Part shown: positions 19,987 to 29,807 of the stretch, piece by piece
Numbering within the stretch: position 1 is the stretch's first letter
Layout: every line of letters begins with the position of its first letter
Assembly (NCBI GenBank): GCA_020718085.1
Contig: DYDB01000001.1
Span: 218,891 to 282,890, forward strand
Length of the DNA stretch: 64,000 nt
DNA from: Micavibrio sp.
Lineage (GTDB): Bacteria; Patescibacteriota; Minisyncoccia; Moranbacterales; GCA-2747515
Direction of reading: 5' to 3'
Program-made: the position numbers and the translations under genes
Notes under the pieces: generated by a model
Databases searched by the model: none
Told to the model about the DNA's origin: nothing
The model's input: the letters and a program-made list of their open reading frames with translations, nothing else

Positions 19987-21762
19987 ATGAAAAAACTTCT
20001 CAAAAAACATTTCGGATATGATGATTTTCGCTCAATACAAGAGGAAGTGATCACGCAGTTTGTCAACGGTCGAGATGTTGTGGTGGTAATGCCGACTGGC
20101 GGGGGAAAATCTCTCTGTTTTCAGTTGCCTGCGCTCATGCGAGACGGTACGATGATCGTGATCTCCCCGCTTATTTCATTGATGAAAGATCAGGTGGACG
20201 CACTTCGCGCCAACGGTATTGCGGCGACTATGATCAATTCTTCCATTGCACCGGAAGAGATCGACATACGCATGCGCGATGCACAAAAAGGGAAATTCAA
20301 ACTGATCTATATCGCACCGGAACGACTTGCCAATGCCCGGGTACGCAATTGGTTGGAACAGATCAATGTAAATGCGCTTGCAGTGGATGAAGCACATTGT
20401 ATCTCGCAATGGGGCCATGATTTTCGGCCGGACTATCGTAATTTAAAACTCTTTCGTGAAAAATTTCCACAGATTCCGATCATAGCACTTACAGCATCAG
20501 CAACACAACATGTGCGTGATGATATTGTACGAGAATTAAATTTACATGATCCGGAGATCTTCGTATCCGGATTTTATCGAAACAATCTTCATCTGCGTGT
20601 CGTACCAAAAAGCGGGGCAACCGATACGATCATGCGATTGATCAAAAAACATGCGGGAGAATCTGTGATCGTCTATTGTTTTTCACGTAAAGAAACGGAA
20701 GAGCTGGCACGTATTCTCGTGGCGGAAGGTGTGAGCGCGGGAAGTTATCATGCAGGCATGAGCGTGGAAGATCGACACAACACACAAGATGCCTTTGTGC
20801 GTGATGAGATCAACGTGGTTGTTGCAACGATCGCTTTTGGCATGGGTATCGACAAGCCCGATGTGCGATTGGTCATCCATAAGACATTTTCCAAAACGAT
20901 CGAAGGCTATTATCAAGAGATTGGACGCGCCGGTCGTGACGGACTTACGAGTGAATGTGTGTTATTGTTTTCCGCGGGAGATAAAATGAAATTGGATTAT
21001 TTTCTCAACGATATTGCAGACGATGAACATCGCGCTCGTGAAGAAAAAAAGATCCGAGAAATGATGGATTATGCACAATCCCGTGTGTGTCGTTGGCAAT
21101 GGATCACGGCGTATTTTGGGCAAGCCGGCTTACCCGCATGTGAAACATGTGATGTCTGTATGAGTGCACATGATACGGAAGACGCTACTGAGATCGTACA
21201 GAAGATCCTCTCTGCTGTTGTGCGTACAGGCAATGTATTTGGCAAAGGGCATATTGTAAAAGTGTTACGCGGCTCGCAGGACAAAAGTGTTCTGGCACGC
21301 GGACATGAGAAGCTTTCTGTTTGGGGCATTGCCAAAGAATATTCTACGGCAACGCTGATGGAATACTTTGCACATATCGTGGCACGCGGTTTTGTTGTGC
21401 GTAATAGTGGAGAATTTGAAACATATCGCATTTCAGCAAAAGGCATCGTTTTTCTCACACAACATGAAAAGATCCAGCTGCCAAAAGTAAAAGAGATCGA
21501 TACACATGTGACACGTCGTGATCATGCGCTTTCGTATGATGCGGATGTGTTCAATGCACTGCGTGCACTGCGTAGGCACATTGCAGATGAGCAAAACGTT
21601 CCGGCATTTGTCATTTTTGGCGATGTGGCGCTTCGGGAGATGTCACACTATTTACCGACAACGCCGCATGAATTTGCCAAAATTTCCGGTGTAGGTAGTC
21701 AAAAACTGCAAAAATATGGTGATATTTTTACAGCACGCATCAAAGAATTGAAGGGTGAGTAA
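19987..21762 (+). CDS. recQ: ATP-dependent DNA helicase RecQ
   Basis: Helicase motifs (MPTGGGKS, DEAH, SAT), a zinc-binding domain and a C-terminal HRDC domain. ORF track starts at 19927 (GTG); ATG chosen at 19987. Confidence 0.9.
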   Translation: MKKLLKKHFGYDDFRSIQEEVITQFVNGRDVVVVMPTGGGKSLCFQLPALMRDGTMIVISPLISLMKDQVDALRANGIAATMINSSIAPEEIDIRMRDAQKGKFKLIYIAPERLANARVRNWLEQINVNALAVDEAHCISQWGHDFRPDYRNLKLFREKFPQIPIIALTASATQHVRDDIVRELNLHDPEIFVSGFYRNNLHLRVVPKSGATDTIMRLIKKHAGESVIVYCFSRKETEELARILVAEGVSAGSYHAGMSVEDRHNTQDAFVRDEINVVVATIAFGMGIDKPDVRLVIHKTFSKTIEGYYQEIGRAGRDGLTSECVLLFSAGDKMKLDYFLNDIADDEHRAREEKKIREMMDYAQSRVCRWQWITAYFGQAGLPACETCDVCMSAHDTEDATEIVQKILSAVVRTGNVFGKGHIVKVLRGSQDKSVLARGHEKLSVWGIAKEYSTATLMEYFAHIVARGFVVRNSGEFETYRISAKGIVFLTQHEKIQLPKVKEIDTHVTRRDHALSYDADVFNALRALRRHIADEQNVPAFVIFGDVALREMSHYLPTTPHEFAKISGVGSQKLQKYGDIFTARIKELKGE

Positions 21763-21879
21763 TGACAAATATCACTAAAAAGAGGTTTGACATCAGTAGA
21801 TATTTATATTATCATATAAGTTCGTTCTTTAATTATGCAAGAAGCATGAACATCAAAAATTCTTTCAGGGAGAGAGAAC

Positions 21880-23031
21880 ATGGCATTTACTTTCAAAGGT
21901 AAGGTTGCAGAAGTTGGTGATCTGGAGCAATTAGCTCGTGTAACTGAAAACATTGCGATATGGAATCGTATAAAACGTTGTGATGTTGTGATAGCGAAGG
22001 CAAGTGAGATTATGACACAGGATATTGATCAGATAATCGCCTTCATACGAAGTTGTAAGCACAATATTTTGATCTACGCTATTTTGCGCCTGTACATTGT
22101 AAGATATGGTGCAAAAGATTTTGCGAATGCTGATGCGATAGTTTCATTGATCAATGTTGTGAGGAATTTTTCACAAGAAGGCGCAGCACAATTGATCGAT
22201 CTGCTCTTTGCTCAAACCCCGCAATTTTTTGTTGTACCGGACAATGCAGACACATCGGTACTGACGGATTTATTGCGTAATGTCTCTCAGCTTATCACGA
22301 AAATAGATAACTTTGATCTTCTGCGAGATGGTGTCATACGTGAATGCGATCTTTTTGCAAGTGATATTGTCACATACATGGCGCAAGCGATCGTGAAGGG
22401 GCATCCTGTGAAAACGTTTTTTGAATCAACGATGGTTGTGAACTATGAATGCGACCTGATCGTTGCAGTGGCACTGACAGAGAATGTACGCGTTGCTGTG
22501 TTGATGGAATTGCTTGCCAGTGATGTTTTCACTGATCCGCGAAAAAGAACAATAAATTTCATCAGAAGCACGGTTCATTTTTTTATTGAATCTTTAATCG
22601 TCGCGGCCCGACGTGAGAAAACTATATTCACGTTGCATGAATTGTGCGTCATCGCGCAAAACATCATTGATGTGAAAAATGATGGCAAGTCATCAATGGT
22701 CGAGGAAATGTTCGTGATCACAGCAGCACTGCCACTCTTTTGTAAGGAAAATGATGTGATCACTTTAAGCAAGGCGTTTGGTACCGCATCGGGTAGGCAT
22801 GCATTGATATGTTCATTTTTATCCGCGTGTACGAGTCTTACCAATTACCAGCTGAAAATGCTTGCGGAGTTGGTGGGAACAACAAAATATGGTGGTAAAG
22901 AAGCAATGGATCAATTGCGTATCGCCAAAGAAAAATTCGGTTTAACAGCTGATATTGAGAAAGATCTTGATTTTGCAAATAACAGATTTCCACTTATGTC
23001 TGGTTTGTTTATCGAAATACGCGAAGTATGA
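21880..23031 (+). CDS. Hypothetical protein; paralog of the 26908..28203 protein
   Basis: Shared C-terminal block L(T)xxQLKxLAxxV..G.EAxxQ.xxAKExF.L..D.EK.L with the 26908 gene. Confidence 0.6.
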   Translation: MAFTFKGKVAEVGDLEQLARVTENIAIWNRIKRCDVVIAKASEIMTQDIDQIIAFIRSCKHNILIYAILRLYIVRYGAKDFANADAIVSLINVVRNFSQEGAAQLIDLLFAQTPQFFVVPDNADTSVLTDLLRNVSQLITKIDNFDLLRDGVIRECDLFASDIVTYMAQAIVKGHPVKTFFESTMVVNYECDLIVAVALTENVRVAVLMELLASDVFTDPRKRTINFIRSTVHFFIESLIVAARREKTIFTLHELCVIAQNIIDVKNDGKSSMVEEMFVITAALPLFCKENDVITLSKAFGTASGRHALICSFLSACTSLTNYQLKMLAELVGTTKYGGKEAMDQLRIAKEKFGLTADIEKDLDFANNRFPLMSGLFIEIREV

Positions 23032-23057
23032 GATCCAATCTTTCGGATGATGGGAAA

Positions 23058-23094
23058 CTGGCATGATCTCAAACAGATCTGCCAGTTTTTATTT
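23058..23094 (+). terminator. Intrinsic terminator
   Basis: CTGGCATGATCTCAAACAGATCTGCCAG followed by TTTTT. Confidence 0.6.
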
Positions 23095-23145
23095 TGTATG
23101 GATCATATAGTTCCATATTTTGTGTTTTTATGATTAAATATACAG

Positions 23146-23577
23146 ATGGCTACAGATCACTATACAACGCTTGGCGTACAGAGAACAGCAACGCAAAAAG
23201 AAATTAAGGCGGCTTTTCGTGCGCTTGCGCATACACATCATCCGGACAAGGGTGGTGATGAAAAGAAATTTCAAGAGATCAATCGTGCCTATCAAACGCT
23301 CTCCAACACAGAAAAGCGTTCGCAGTATGATCGTTATGGCGAGGCGGCACAAAGTTTCAATGGATTTGGCGGGGGTCAAGGTGGTTTTGAACATGCACAA
23401 TATTATACGCATTTCACACGAGGGTATACAGATCAACGATTTACAATGTCGTCACTCAAAAAGATCCCTTTTTTGACATGGATCATGCTCTCGCCGTTGA
23501 TCATTCTGGTTATATTTTTTGGTGCGATTATTTTGGGCGTGTCACTCATACGATCAGTGAGTCGCAGTTTGAAATAG
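23146..23577 (+). CDS. DnaJ (J-domain) protein with a C-terminal TM helix
   Basis: J-domain with an HPD motif ([23 protein letters not shown]). C-terminal hydrophobic segment. Confidence 0.75.
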   Translation: MATDHYTTLGVQRTATQKEIKAAFRALAHTHHPDKGGDEKKFQEINRAYQTLSNTEKRSQYDRYGEAAQSFNGFGGGQGGFEHAQYYTHFTRGYTDQRFTMSSLKKIPFLTWIMLSPLIILVIFFGAIILGVSLIRSVSRSLK

Positions 23578-23599
23578 TTGTATATGATAGAGAAATGTA

Positions 23600-23634
23600 A
23601 AAAGGATGAGAAGATCGATCTTCTCATCCTTTTA
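23600..23634. terminator. Bidirectional terminator between convergent genes
   Basis: AAAAGGATGAGAAGATCGATCTTCTCATCCTTTT. Confidence 0.6.
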
Positions 23635-23645
23635 TCTTTGGGTTA

Positions 23646-24851
23646 TTAGGATAAAACAACCATGCGGCGATTCTTGATCACTTGGCACAGATGTTCCGAC
23701 GTGAACAACACTGCATCAAACATGACATGCAACACGATCGCATAGATCAGTCCATGTGTGAATGCAACGTAGAACATATAGATCCCGATCACATAACTGT
23801 TCAACATCCCTGAAGGTCCTTGGTATTTATGACCATCGCGAAATTTTGCGTTGCTCCATAAAATCGCGCCAACATACAAGAGATACGTCCAGTGGTCGCT
23901 ATTTTCAGGCAGAATCGGCATGTGAGCAATTGCGCCAATTCCCAGTGGAATGCAGTAGGTGCTCCACGCTGAGAAAGATAACACGCGTGTGAAAAATTCA
24001 ACGATGCTCATCGAATAATTTTCCTTTGCGCGGCATACGGCTACTGTGATACCCAGACATACTGCCATAGACAGTCCAATGCTGATTGCAAGAGTTGATA
24101 TGTCGGAGGCGAGCCACTGGAAAAGCGCAAATATATATCCGTTGAATTGATAGATCACATTCTCCGGAATATATGCTTTCATTTTCAGCACAACAATGAA
24201 CGAAAAAAGAAAGACCGGTCCAGAGATCAAAAAGGGAACTTCAAATTTTGCCAGAATGAATACACAAAGACATACAGCCAGTGCAACGATGATCCATGGC
24301 AGAAATGCGTTTGAAAGATAGACCGAGATCAATCCAACAAATATCAATAAACTTCGGTGGTTAAACTCTTCGGTTACGCCAGCCTCAATTGATACGAGCC
24401 ATTTGAGTGGCAGGGATTCTGCCATAACGGTTCCGTCTTCATGGGCGTCATTACTTCCAAACCAGTCTAACTGACCACAAAAGAATGCATAGAGCGCCAT
24501 GGGTGTGCCGATTACAACAATCGCTTCCCAGAAATGTCCGTTAACATCCATATAGGAGAACGGATCAAATTCTGTGAAAAACCACTTGCTGAGAACATAC
24601 CAGAGTAAGATGTTGAATAGCATAAGTCCGACCTTGAGGAACATGTTCAAATAAATTCCTGCCCGGACTTTTGCATCTCCTTCGCGCGATGCTGTGAGAA
24701 AATGCTTCCATAAACGGAGTTGATTTTTTGTAAACTGTGCACCGGATACGACTGAATCAATGCCAGTGTTCAGCCAATTGATCCAGGTAATATTTCTGCC
24801 TTTTCGTTGCACGAGACTGCTGAGGATGTATTTTACAAGCATTTCTAACAT
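23646..24851 (-). CDS. Polytopic membrane protein, CPBP (CAAX protease / Abi)-like intramembrane protease family
   Basis: At least 8 TM helices, an EExxxR motif (EEFNHR) and a downstream conserved His. AAAGGAG RBS. Confidence 0.55.
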   Translation of the reverse strand: MLEMLVKYILSSLVQRKGRNITWINWLNTGIDSVVSGAQFTKNQLRLWKHFLTASREGDAKVRAGIYLNMFLKVGLMLFNILLWYVLSKWFFTEFDPFSYMDVNGHFWEAIVVIGTPMALYAFFCGQLDWFGSNDAHEDGTVMAESLPLKWLVSIEAGVTEEFNHRSLLIFVGLISVYLSNAFLPWIIVALAVCLCVFILAKFEVPFLISGPVFLFSFIVVLKMKAYIPENVIYQFNGYIFALFQWLASDISTLAISIGLSMAVCLGITVAVCRAKENYSMSIVEFFTRVLSFSAWSTYCIPLGIGAIAHMPILPENSDHWTYLLYVGAILWSNAKFRDGHKYQGPSGMLNSYVIGIYMFYVAFTHGLIYAIVLHVMFDAVLFTSEHLCQVIKNRRMVVLS

Positions 24852-25067
24852 GAGTACACTCCTTTGGTAGAGTTTTGCGATTGGATAATTAGTATCCTAA
24901 ATATTTTGGATAAAAAAGAACAACTGCGAATCATAACACAAACACAATAATATGTCAAAGATCTAAAATCACATGAAATTAGTCTAAAAGAAGAAATAAT
25001 TGTAGAATAAAAGGAGAAAAAGGCTTGTGTAATGATATGAGCTTTACAAATAATTCACAATAATATT

Positions 25068-25511
25068 ATGCATGTACAAGAATTTCGCAGAAAGATCTCA
25101 GCTGGAGCAACGATCATCGTAGACGGCAAAGAGCTCGATGTTTTGGAAGTGGTGTTATTTCGCTTTAAAGATAAAAGTTTTTATATCAAGTGTTTTCTTT
25201 CAGATGGCTATGTATTGGCCGATGATGCGCACAGTGATGCATTTGTACTTGTACGTGAAGTGACATGTGATATTACAGAACCATTCCCCAAGGAATTGAC
25301 ATTTGATGAAAAAAGCTTTACATTCCTTTTTGAAGCACATGCTGTAGCGGAACGCATCAGTGGCGAAGAAATTTTCAAAGAGGGTGATAGTGAGACTTTT
25401 TGGGATTATGAATCTGAGGATGGTTCCTATCTGAGTTTGGGCATACATGATCACAGTGGTGAAAGACAGGATTTTTACGGGAAAACCGTTCATGACATTG
25501 AATTTGTGTAA
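25068..25511 (+). CDS. Hypothetical protein
   Basis: 147-aa acidic ORF; no family recognised. Confidence 0.5.
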   Translation: MHVQEFRRKISAGATIIVDGKELDVLEVVLFRFKDKSFYIKCFLSDGYVLADDAHSDAFVLVREVTCDITEPFPKELTFDEKSFTFLFEAHAVAERISGEEIFKEGDSETFWDYESEDGSYLSLGIHDHSGERQDFYGKTVHDIEFV

Positions 25512-25553
25512 AAAATAGACGTTTATTTTACAATTGCAGAGAGGGGGAAAGTG

Positions 25554-25847
25554 ATGGAGAAAGAACTAAATTGTTTTGTTGTATCGGCATTGTTTAGCGC
25601 GCACACGTCGCAAGGAAGGTTTTTATGTCAGCAATATTTCAAAAAGTGCATTGAAGCACAAGGCGTGCGGGACGCAAAGGAGATCTTTGAACGATTATTT
25701 ACATCGCACATGGCAAAAAGATATCATCTCGCAGTGGAAGATATTCAATTGCTGCAACATGGATCAATGACCGTAAAAAAAGTGCCATTTGAAAGCTGTA
25801 TTAAAAGTAAAAAGCGTGCAGAAAAAAAATTAGCAAAAAAGAATTGA
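25554..25847 (+). CDS. Hypothetical small protein
   Basis: GAGGGGGAAAG RBS; 97 aa. Confidence 0.5.
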   Translation: MEKELNCFVVSALFSAHTSQGRFLCQQYFKKCIEAQGVRDAKEIFERLFTSHMAKRYHLAVEDIQLLQHGSMTVKKVPFESCIKSKKRAEKKLAKKN

Positions 25848-25859
25848 CTGCATACGCAT

Positions 25860-26197
25860 TTTTCTTGTATGATGTATGCAACCGGAATCAGTGCGTAATC
25901 CTGCTGTGCTGATTCGGCGACGAGATAACACCGGTTAACACTTGTCGTGCACCCATCCTGGCGGATTTTGCAGGGCCATTACTGCAGGGAGTTTCTCATC
26001 GGAGAACGTGCTTGTCTGATTCGGATGTTCTGAATTGTACATGAGACATGCAGTCTGTGAATGAATGGCACAACTCGTGTCCACAAACTACCGCGCGAAT
26101 ACGTGGGTTAGTAGCGGCGAGCGAACAGCACGGCGCATCTGTTGTGGATCACAAAAACAAGCAGCATATCTGCATAAGATATGCTGCTTTCTTTTTG
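25860..26197 (+). ncRNA. Candidate structured non-coding RNA of unassigned family
   Basis: About 330 nt with no ORF of 60 aa or more on either strand. GC-richer than its flanks. Several internal stems (e.g. CCGGAATCAG..CTGATTCGG) and a strong intrinsic terminator at 26159-26197. Contains the 17-mer AGTAGCGGCGAGCGAAC, identical to a conserved 23S rRNA segment. Confidence 0.3.
26159..26197 (+). terminator. Intrinsic terminator
   Basis: AAGCAGCATATCTGCATAAGATATGCTGCTT followed by TCTTTTTG. Confidence 0.6.
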
Positions 26198-26225
26198 ATA
26201 CATGTATAATATATTTTTGCAAATG

Positions 26226-26265
26226 AAAAACGGATCGGATATGAGTTCATATCGGATCCGTTTTT
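26226..26265 (-). terminator. Intrinsic terminator for the minus-strand gene 26288..26689
   Basis: AAAAACGGATCGGATATGAGTTCATATCGGATCCGTTTTT. Confidence 0.6.
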
Positions 26266-26287
26266 ATCGTAATGGGGTCATGATCGT

Positions 26288-26689
26288 CTATGGGAGAAAG
26301 TTGTCGATGATCAGTCTGCTTTCTACAACTACATCAACGGTTTTGAGGATTGTATACTCATTATCATCCTCACCATAGGCAATGAGCTTGATCGATAATT
26401 CACCACAGGCATCACATTTTACATAGGGTCTGATCTGGTATTTTCTACCAGCCATGAACACTCTCATGATAACTTCCTCCTGTAATTGCGGGTCTGGAGT
26501 GTTATCGGTCGTGAGGACACCTTTACTATGCGGTGTCTTGCGCCAATACAGATCTTTTTTACACAAAATTTCGGGTAACATAGAGAGGATCTCCTTTTGG
26601 TTGTGAATGAATCGAATAGTACAATTGAGAGAATATTGTCGTGCAAAATTGTAACAGAACATCGTAACAGAAATATCATGATCGGTCAA
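26288..26689 (-). CDS. Hypothetical protein
   Basis: 133-aa ORF followed by a terminator. Confidence 0.5.
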   Translation of the reverse strand: MTDHDISVTMFCYNFARQYSLNCTIRFIHNQKEILSMLPEILCKKDLYWRKTPHSKGVLTTDNTPDPQLQEEVIMRVFMAGRKYQIRPYVKCDACGELSIKLIAYGEDDNEYTILKTVDVVVESRLIIDNFLP

Positions 26690-26741
26690 TTGTAAAATTC
26701 AGCAATGTAAAAACTTAAAATATCACTAATATATCAAAAGA

Positions 26742-26790
26742 ACCCCCTCTCCCTCCGGGAGAGGGTTGGGGTGAGGGATAGCGTGAGGGT
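26742..26790. repeat. Nested-hairpin miniature repeat (CCCCCTCTCCCTCCGGGAGAGGGTTGGGGTGAGGG..)
   Basis: Member of the family seen at 18865, 31745, 37365 and 38996. Confidence 0.8.
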
Positions 26791-26907
26791 GAAATTGACT
26801 TTCAGTCAATTTTGACGTAGTATAATATGTTGTACATTAACAGGTTTATAAACTGCATATCTGTTTTTTGCATGTTATTTGGTAGATCAATCTATGGAGG
26901 AAATGAG

Positions 26908-28203
26908 ATGAGTAGATTAGCATACGTTGGTGGACAAGTGCGTGCAGCACAAAATATTTTGCAACTCGTAGCGATTGCAAATGGAATACAACCCACAATT
27001 AAGGACCTGACCGATCCGGAAAAGAAAAAGGAGTATGAAAAAAGTTTGGACGTTTTGCGTGCAGGGATCGATCGATTGATCCCAAGCAGTGCCAGGGTCG
27101 TGGGAAGTTTCGCTGTGGGATGTAATTATCCCGATCTCCGTCATTTTGCCATACGTACGTATATGAAAAAACATGGCATACAAGAACTCGAAGATGTGGA
27201 GATATTTCTCGCGGTACTTACCAAAGATCCATATCCGGAAAACGATATCGCGAGAACGCTTCTGCGTGATATTTTTATCGCTGCAAAGGATGTGCTTATC
27301 CTTCCATGTAATTCAACTGTGCTCGATCTGCAGCAGATAAGTGCAAAGATCGATAACATTCTGAGAGAGCTTGTCGCATTGAAGTTGAGACGATTTGATC
27401 ACATGCCGGCACTTGATATTTTCATTGCGGAAGTTGCCGATGCGATTGCACAAAGAGTTGAGGATGGTTTTTCTGTGGACTATTTTTTGAATGAGAGCAT
27501 ACGTACGGCAAGTTTCATTTGCAATATCGTTGTTGCAATTACGCAAAAAGAACGTGTAACCGTGGAAACGCTCCTCACTGCTCTGCAAACACCATTGTTT
27601 ACAAATGACGCATGCAAAGAAATGATGTTATACGAACCATACATCGGCGAAACCTACGATCTATTCTTGCAAAGATTCATTGCCTTGGTAGAACAGGAAG
27701 GCTACGATCTGACGCTCGATCACTTACGGCTTGTGGCGTTCAATATCATTGTTGATCCTGATCATGATGATCCGATTGTACGAATGCGAGAAGATTTTGT
27801 GATCTCGCGTGCGGTGCCCCTGCTTGTAAATGATGCAGAGGAATCTTATGCTGTTGCACGATCGTTTGTCTCCAGAATAAGTGCACATCGATTCATTGCT
27901 GCGTTCTTGCGACAGTGTAAAGTGCTTACAGATGCGCAACTGAAACACCTTGCCAATTGCGTCGACAAAAAAGAACCTTTTGGTGCAGAAGCCGCCGAGC
28001 AGGTCCTTGCAGCGAAGGAGAGATTTCTTCTGGATGTTGATGTAGAAAAGGTGCTCAAATCTGTGGAAGACGGTACAACAATGGGATTGGCGATCATTAT
28101 CGGTGGCCCGGAAGGTGTGCCAGGCTCTATCACCTTTGAACAAATGCAAGCGTTTATAAAAAAAATGCAGGACCTTGCAAATCCTGACAATACCGTGCAT
28201 TAA
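26908..28203 (+). CDS. Hypothetical protein; paralog of the 21880..23031 protein
   Basis: ORF 26827..28203. ATG at 26908 follows GGAGGA. Shares the C-terminal conserved block with the 21880 gene. Confidence 0.6.
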   Translation: MSRLAYVGGQVRAAQNILQLVAIANGIQPTIKDLTDPEKKKEYEKSLDVLRAGIDRLIPSSARVVGSFAVGCNYPDLRHFAIRTYMKKHGIQELEDVEIFLAVLTKDPYPENDIARTLLRDIFIAAKDVLILPCNSTVLDLQQISAKIDNILRELVALKLRRFDHMPALDIFIAEVADAIAQRVEDGFSVDYFLNESIRTASFICNIVVAITQKERVTVETLLTALQTPLFTNDACKEMMLYEPYIGETYDLFLQRFIALVEQEGYDLTLDHLRLVAFNIIVDPDHDDPIVRMREDFVISRAVPLLVNDAEESYAVARSFVSRISAHRFIAAFLRQCKVLTDAQLKHLANCVDKKEPFGAEAAEQVLAAKERFLLDVDVEKVLKSVEDGTTMGLAIIIGGPEGVPGSITFEQMQAFIKKMQDLANPDNTVH

Positions 28204-28223
28204 AAATGCGCAAAGGAGGTGAA

Positions 28224-28265
28224 AACCGGGTAGTTCTCAAAAGAGATCCACCCGGTTTTAATTTT
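28224..28265 (+). terminator. Intrinsic terminator
   Basis: AACCGGGTAGTTCTCAAAAGAGATCCACCCGGTT followed by TTAATTTT. Confidence 0.6.
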
Positions 28266-28486
28266 GCTTGCGAATACGTGTTCAGTATAAGAGTGAAATG
28301 GTTGTAGCTGGAAAATGAAAAATCGACATTACTATAAAAAGAAAACCACCACAGAAGTGGCAGCTCTTTTGGTGTTTGGCACCTTCTGATATTATACACC
28401 AAAAAATACCTTTTGTAAAGTATCGGATGTACATATGGCAGTTAGTGACTATTCACCATTTTTCAAAAAATACCTTTAAGATCATT

Positions 28487-28563
28487 GTCATTGCGAGGAG
28501 GAACGACGAAGCAATCTAATTCATCAGATATGCCGTTCGTCACCGTGTTCCTCGCGAAGACGC
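28487..28563. repeat. GTCATTGCGA..GAAGCAATC module repeat with a partial inverted partner
   Basis: GTCATTGCGAGGAGGAACGACGAAGCAATC; family copies at 31702, 36356, 37425 and 39048. Confidence 0.6.
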
Positions 28564-28593
28564 TACTCTTATGGCAGTTATGCTGGACAGTGA

Positions 28594-28618
28594 TATTAAG
28601 TAGTGATACAATATCACT
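28594..28618. promoter_or_regulatory. Palindromic candidate LexA operator upstream of lexA
   Basis: TAGTGATACAATATCACTATA (inverted AGTGATA/TATCACT) about 25 nt before the lexA start. Confidence 0.35.
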
Positions 28619-28641
28619 ATAATTATATAATAATACAAAAA

Positions 28642-29322
28642 ATGAATGAGACAAAAGAACTTACGCGCAAGCAACATATGATCATGGAGACGATCCGTGA
28701 GATCCTCGAGCAAGGATCCAAAAACCCCACAGCTTATAAAGTGCACAATGCACTCAAGACGGATGGACATGATGTGGGTTCGCTCAAAGGAACAGTGCAA
28801 GTTGTGGAAGCATTGGAAAAGAAGGGAATTCTCAAACGTGATGAGGATCGCAAGATCTACATTGTGAGAAATGAGACATTTATGGATCTGGACAACATCT
28901 TTTCGATTCCCACATACGGTCTTGCCTCATGTGGGGAAGCGTTGGCTTTTGCAGATAATAATGTAGAAGGATATGTGCAAGTATCCAAGAGTCTTTTTCG
29001 CAAAGAAAAACCCGCACAGCTTTTTGCGGTAAAGGCACTTGGAGATTCCATGAACAAAGCTGATATCAATGACAATGATTATGTCGTTTTTGCAAAATAT
29101 GATCATGGTGAAGATCTTGAAGGAAAAATTGTTGTTGCGGTGATCAACGGTATGGCAACGATCAAGATATATCAGAAACTCAAAGGAAATATGATTGGCT
29201 TATTCCCACAATCCAAAAACAAGAAACATCAGCCCATCTATCTTGACCGCTCAGATCAGATCCTCATCGCCGGTGTGTTTCGCAAGGTCCTGCCGACGTC
29301 GTACAGAAAGGGTCGCAAATAA
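28642..29322 (+). CDS. lexA: LexA-family repressor (wHTH plus S24 peptidase)
   Basis: C-terminal S24 domain with the catalytic Ser in GDSM and a Lys in TIKIYQ. N-terminal winged helix. ORF 28603; ATG at 28642. Confidence 0.8.
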   Translation: MNETKELTRKQHMIMETIREILEQGSKNPTAYKVHNALKTDGHDVGSLKGTVQVVEALEKKGILKRDEDRKIYIVRNETFMDLDNIFSIPTYGLASCGEALAFADNNVEGYVQVSKSLFRKEKPAQLFAVKALGDSMNKADINDNDYVVFAKYDHGEDLEGKIVVAVINGMATIKIYQKLKGNMIGLFPQSKNKKHQPIYLDRSDQILIAGVFRKVLPTSYRKGRK

Positions 29323-29350
29323 AAGATTGTTTTACATAAAAAATTAAAAA

Positions 29351-29383
29351 CCACTGTCTCCAGATAAAGGCAGTGGCTTTTTG
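29351..29383 (+). terminator. Intrinsic terminator
   Basis: CCACTGTCTCCAGATAAAGGCAGTGG followed by CTTTTTG. Confidence 0.6.
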
Positions 29384-29405
29384 TATGATGTGCAATATGC
29401 ATGTT

Positions 29406-29597
29406 TCATGATGCGCGTTTTCCCGCAATATATCCCATCGTTCGTTCATCGGGATTCAGACGATCAAAGATCCGATTGAGAATGTCTTCGAAATGATCAC
29501 CAAATGTTGCGGTGCCATCAGCACATTTTTTCTTGTACTCACAACCCTCCTTGAATCCTTTTTGAAATACAGTTTCAACATGAAAAATTGTGGTCAT
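29406..29597 (-). CDS. Possible small protein (63 aa)
   Basis: Isolated ORF in an otherwise empty 480-bp gap; weak support. Confidence 0.25.
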   Translation of the reverse strand: MTTIFHVETVFQKGFKEGCEYKKKCADGTATFGDHFEDILNRIFDRLNPDERTMGYIAGKRAS

Positions 29598-29807
29598 ATG
29601 CAGTCTCCAAAAGTATTTTCATCAATATGTGATGAATTCATGAAATTTATTAATGAACGATGATCAAATTAGTTTATAAATATAACACAAATCTATGCCC
29701 TAATCAATTGACATTATGTGGTTTGCTGAATTAGAATGAAAGACCGCAAAGAGAAGAAGTATATTAACTGTGCATTGTACTTTTATACATGAAGGAGGTA
29801 AATCCCA

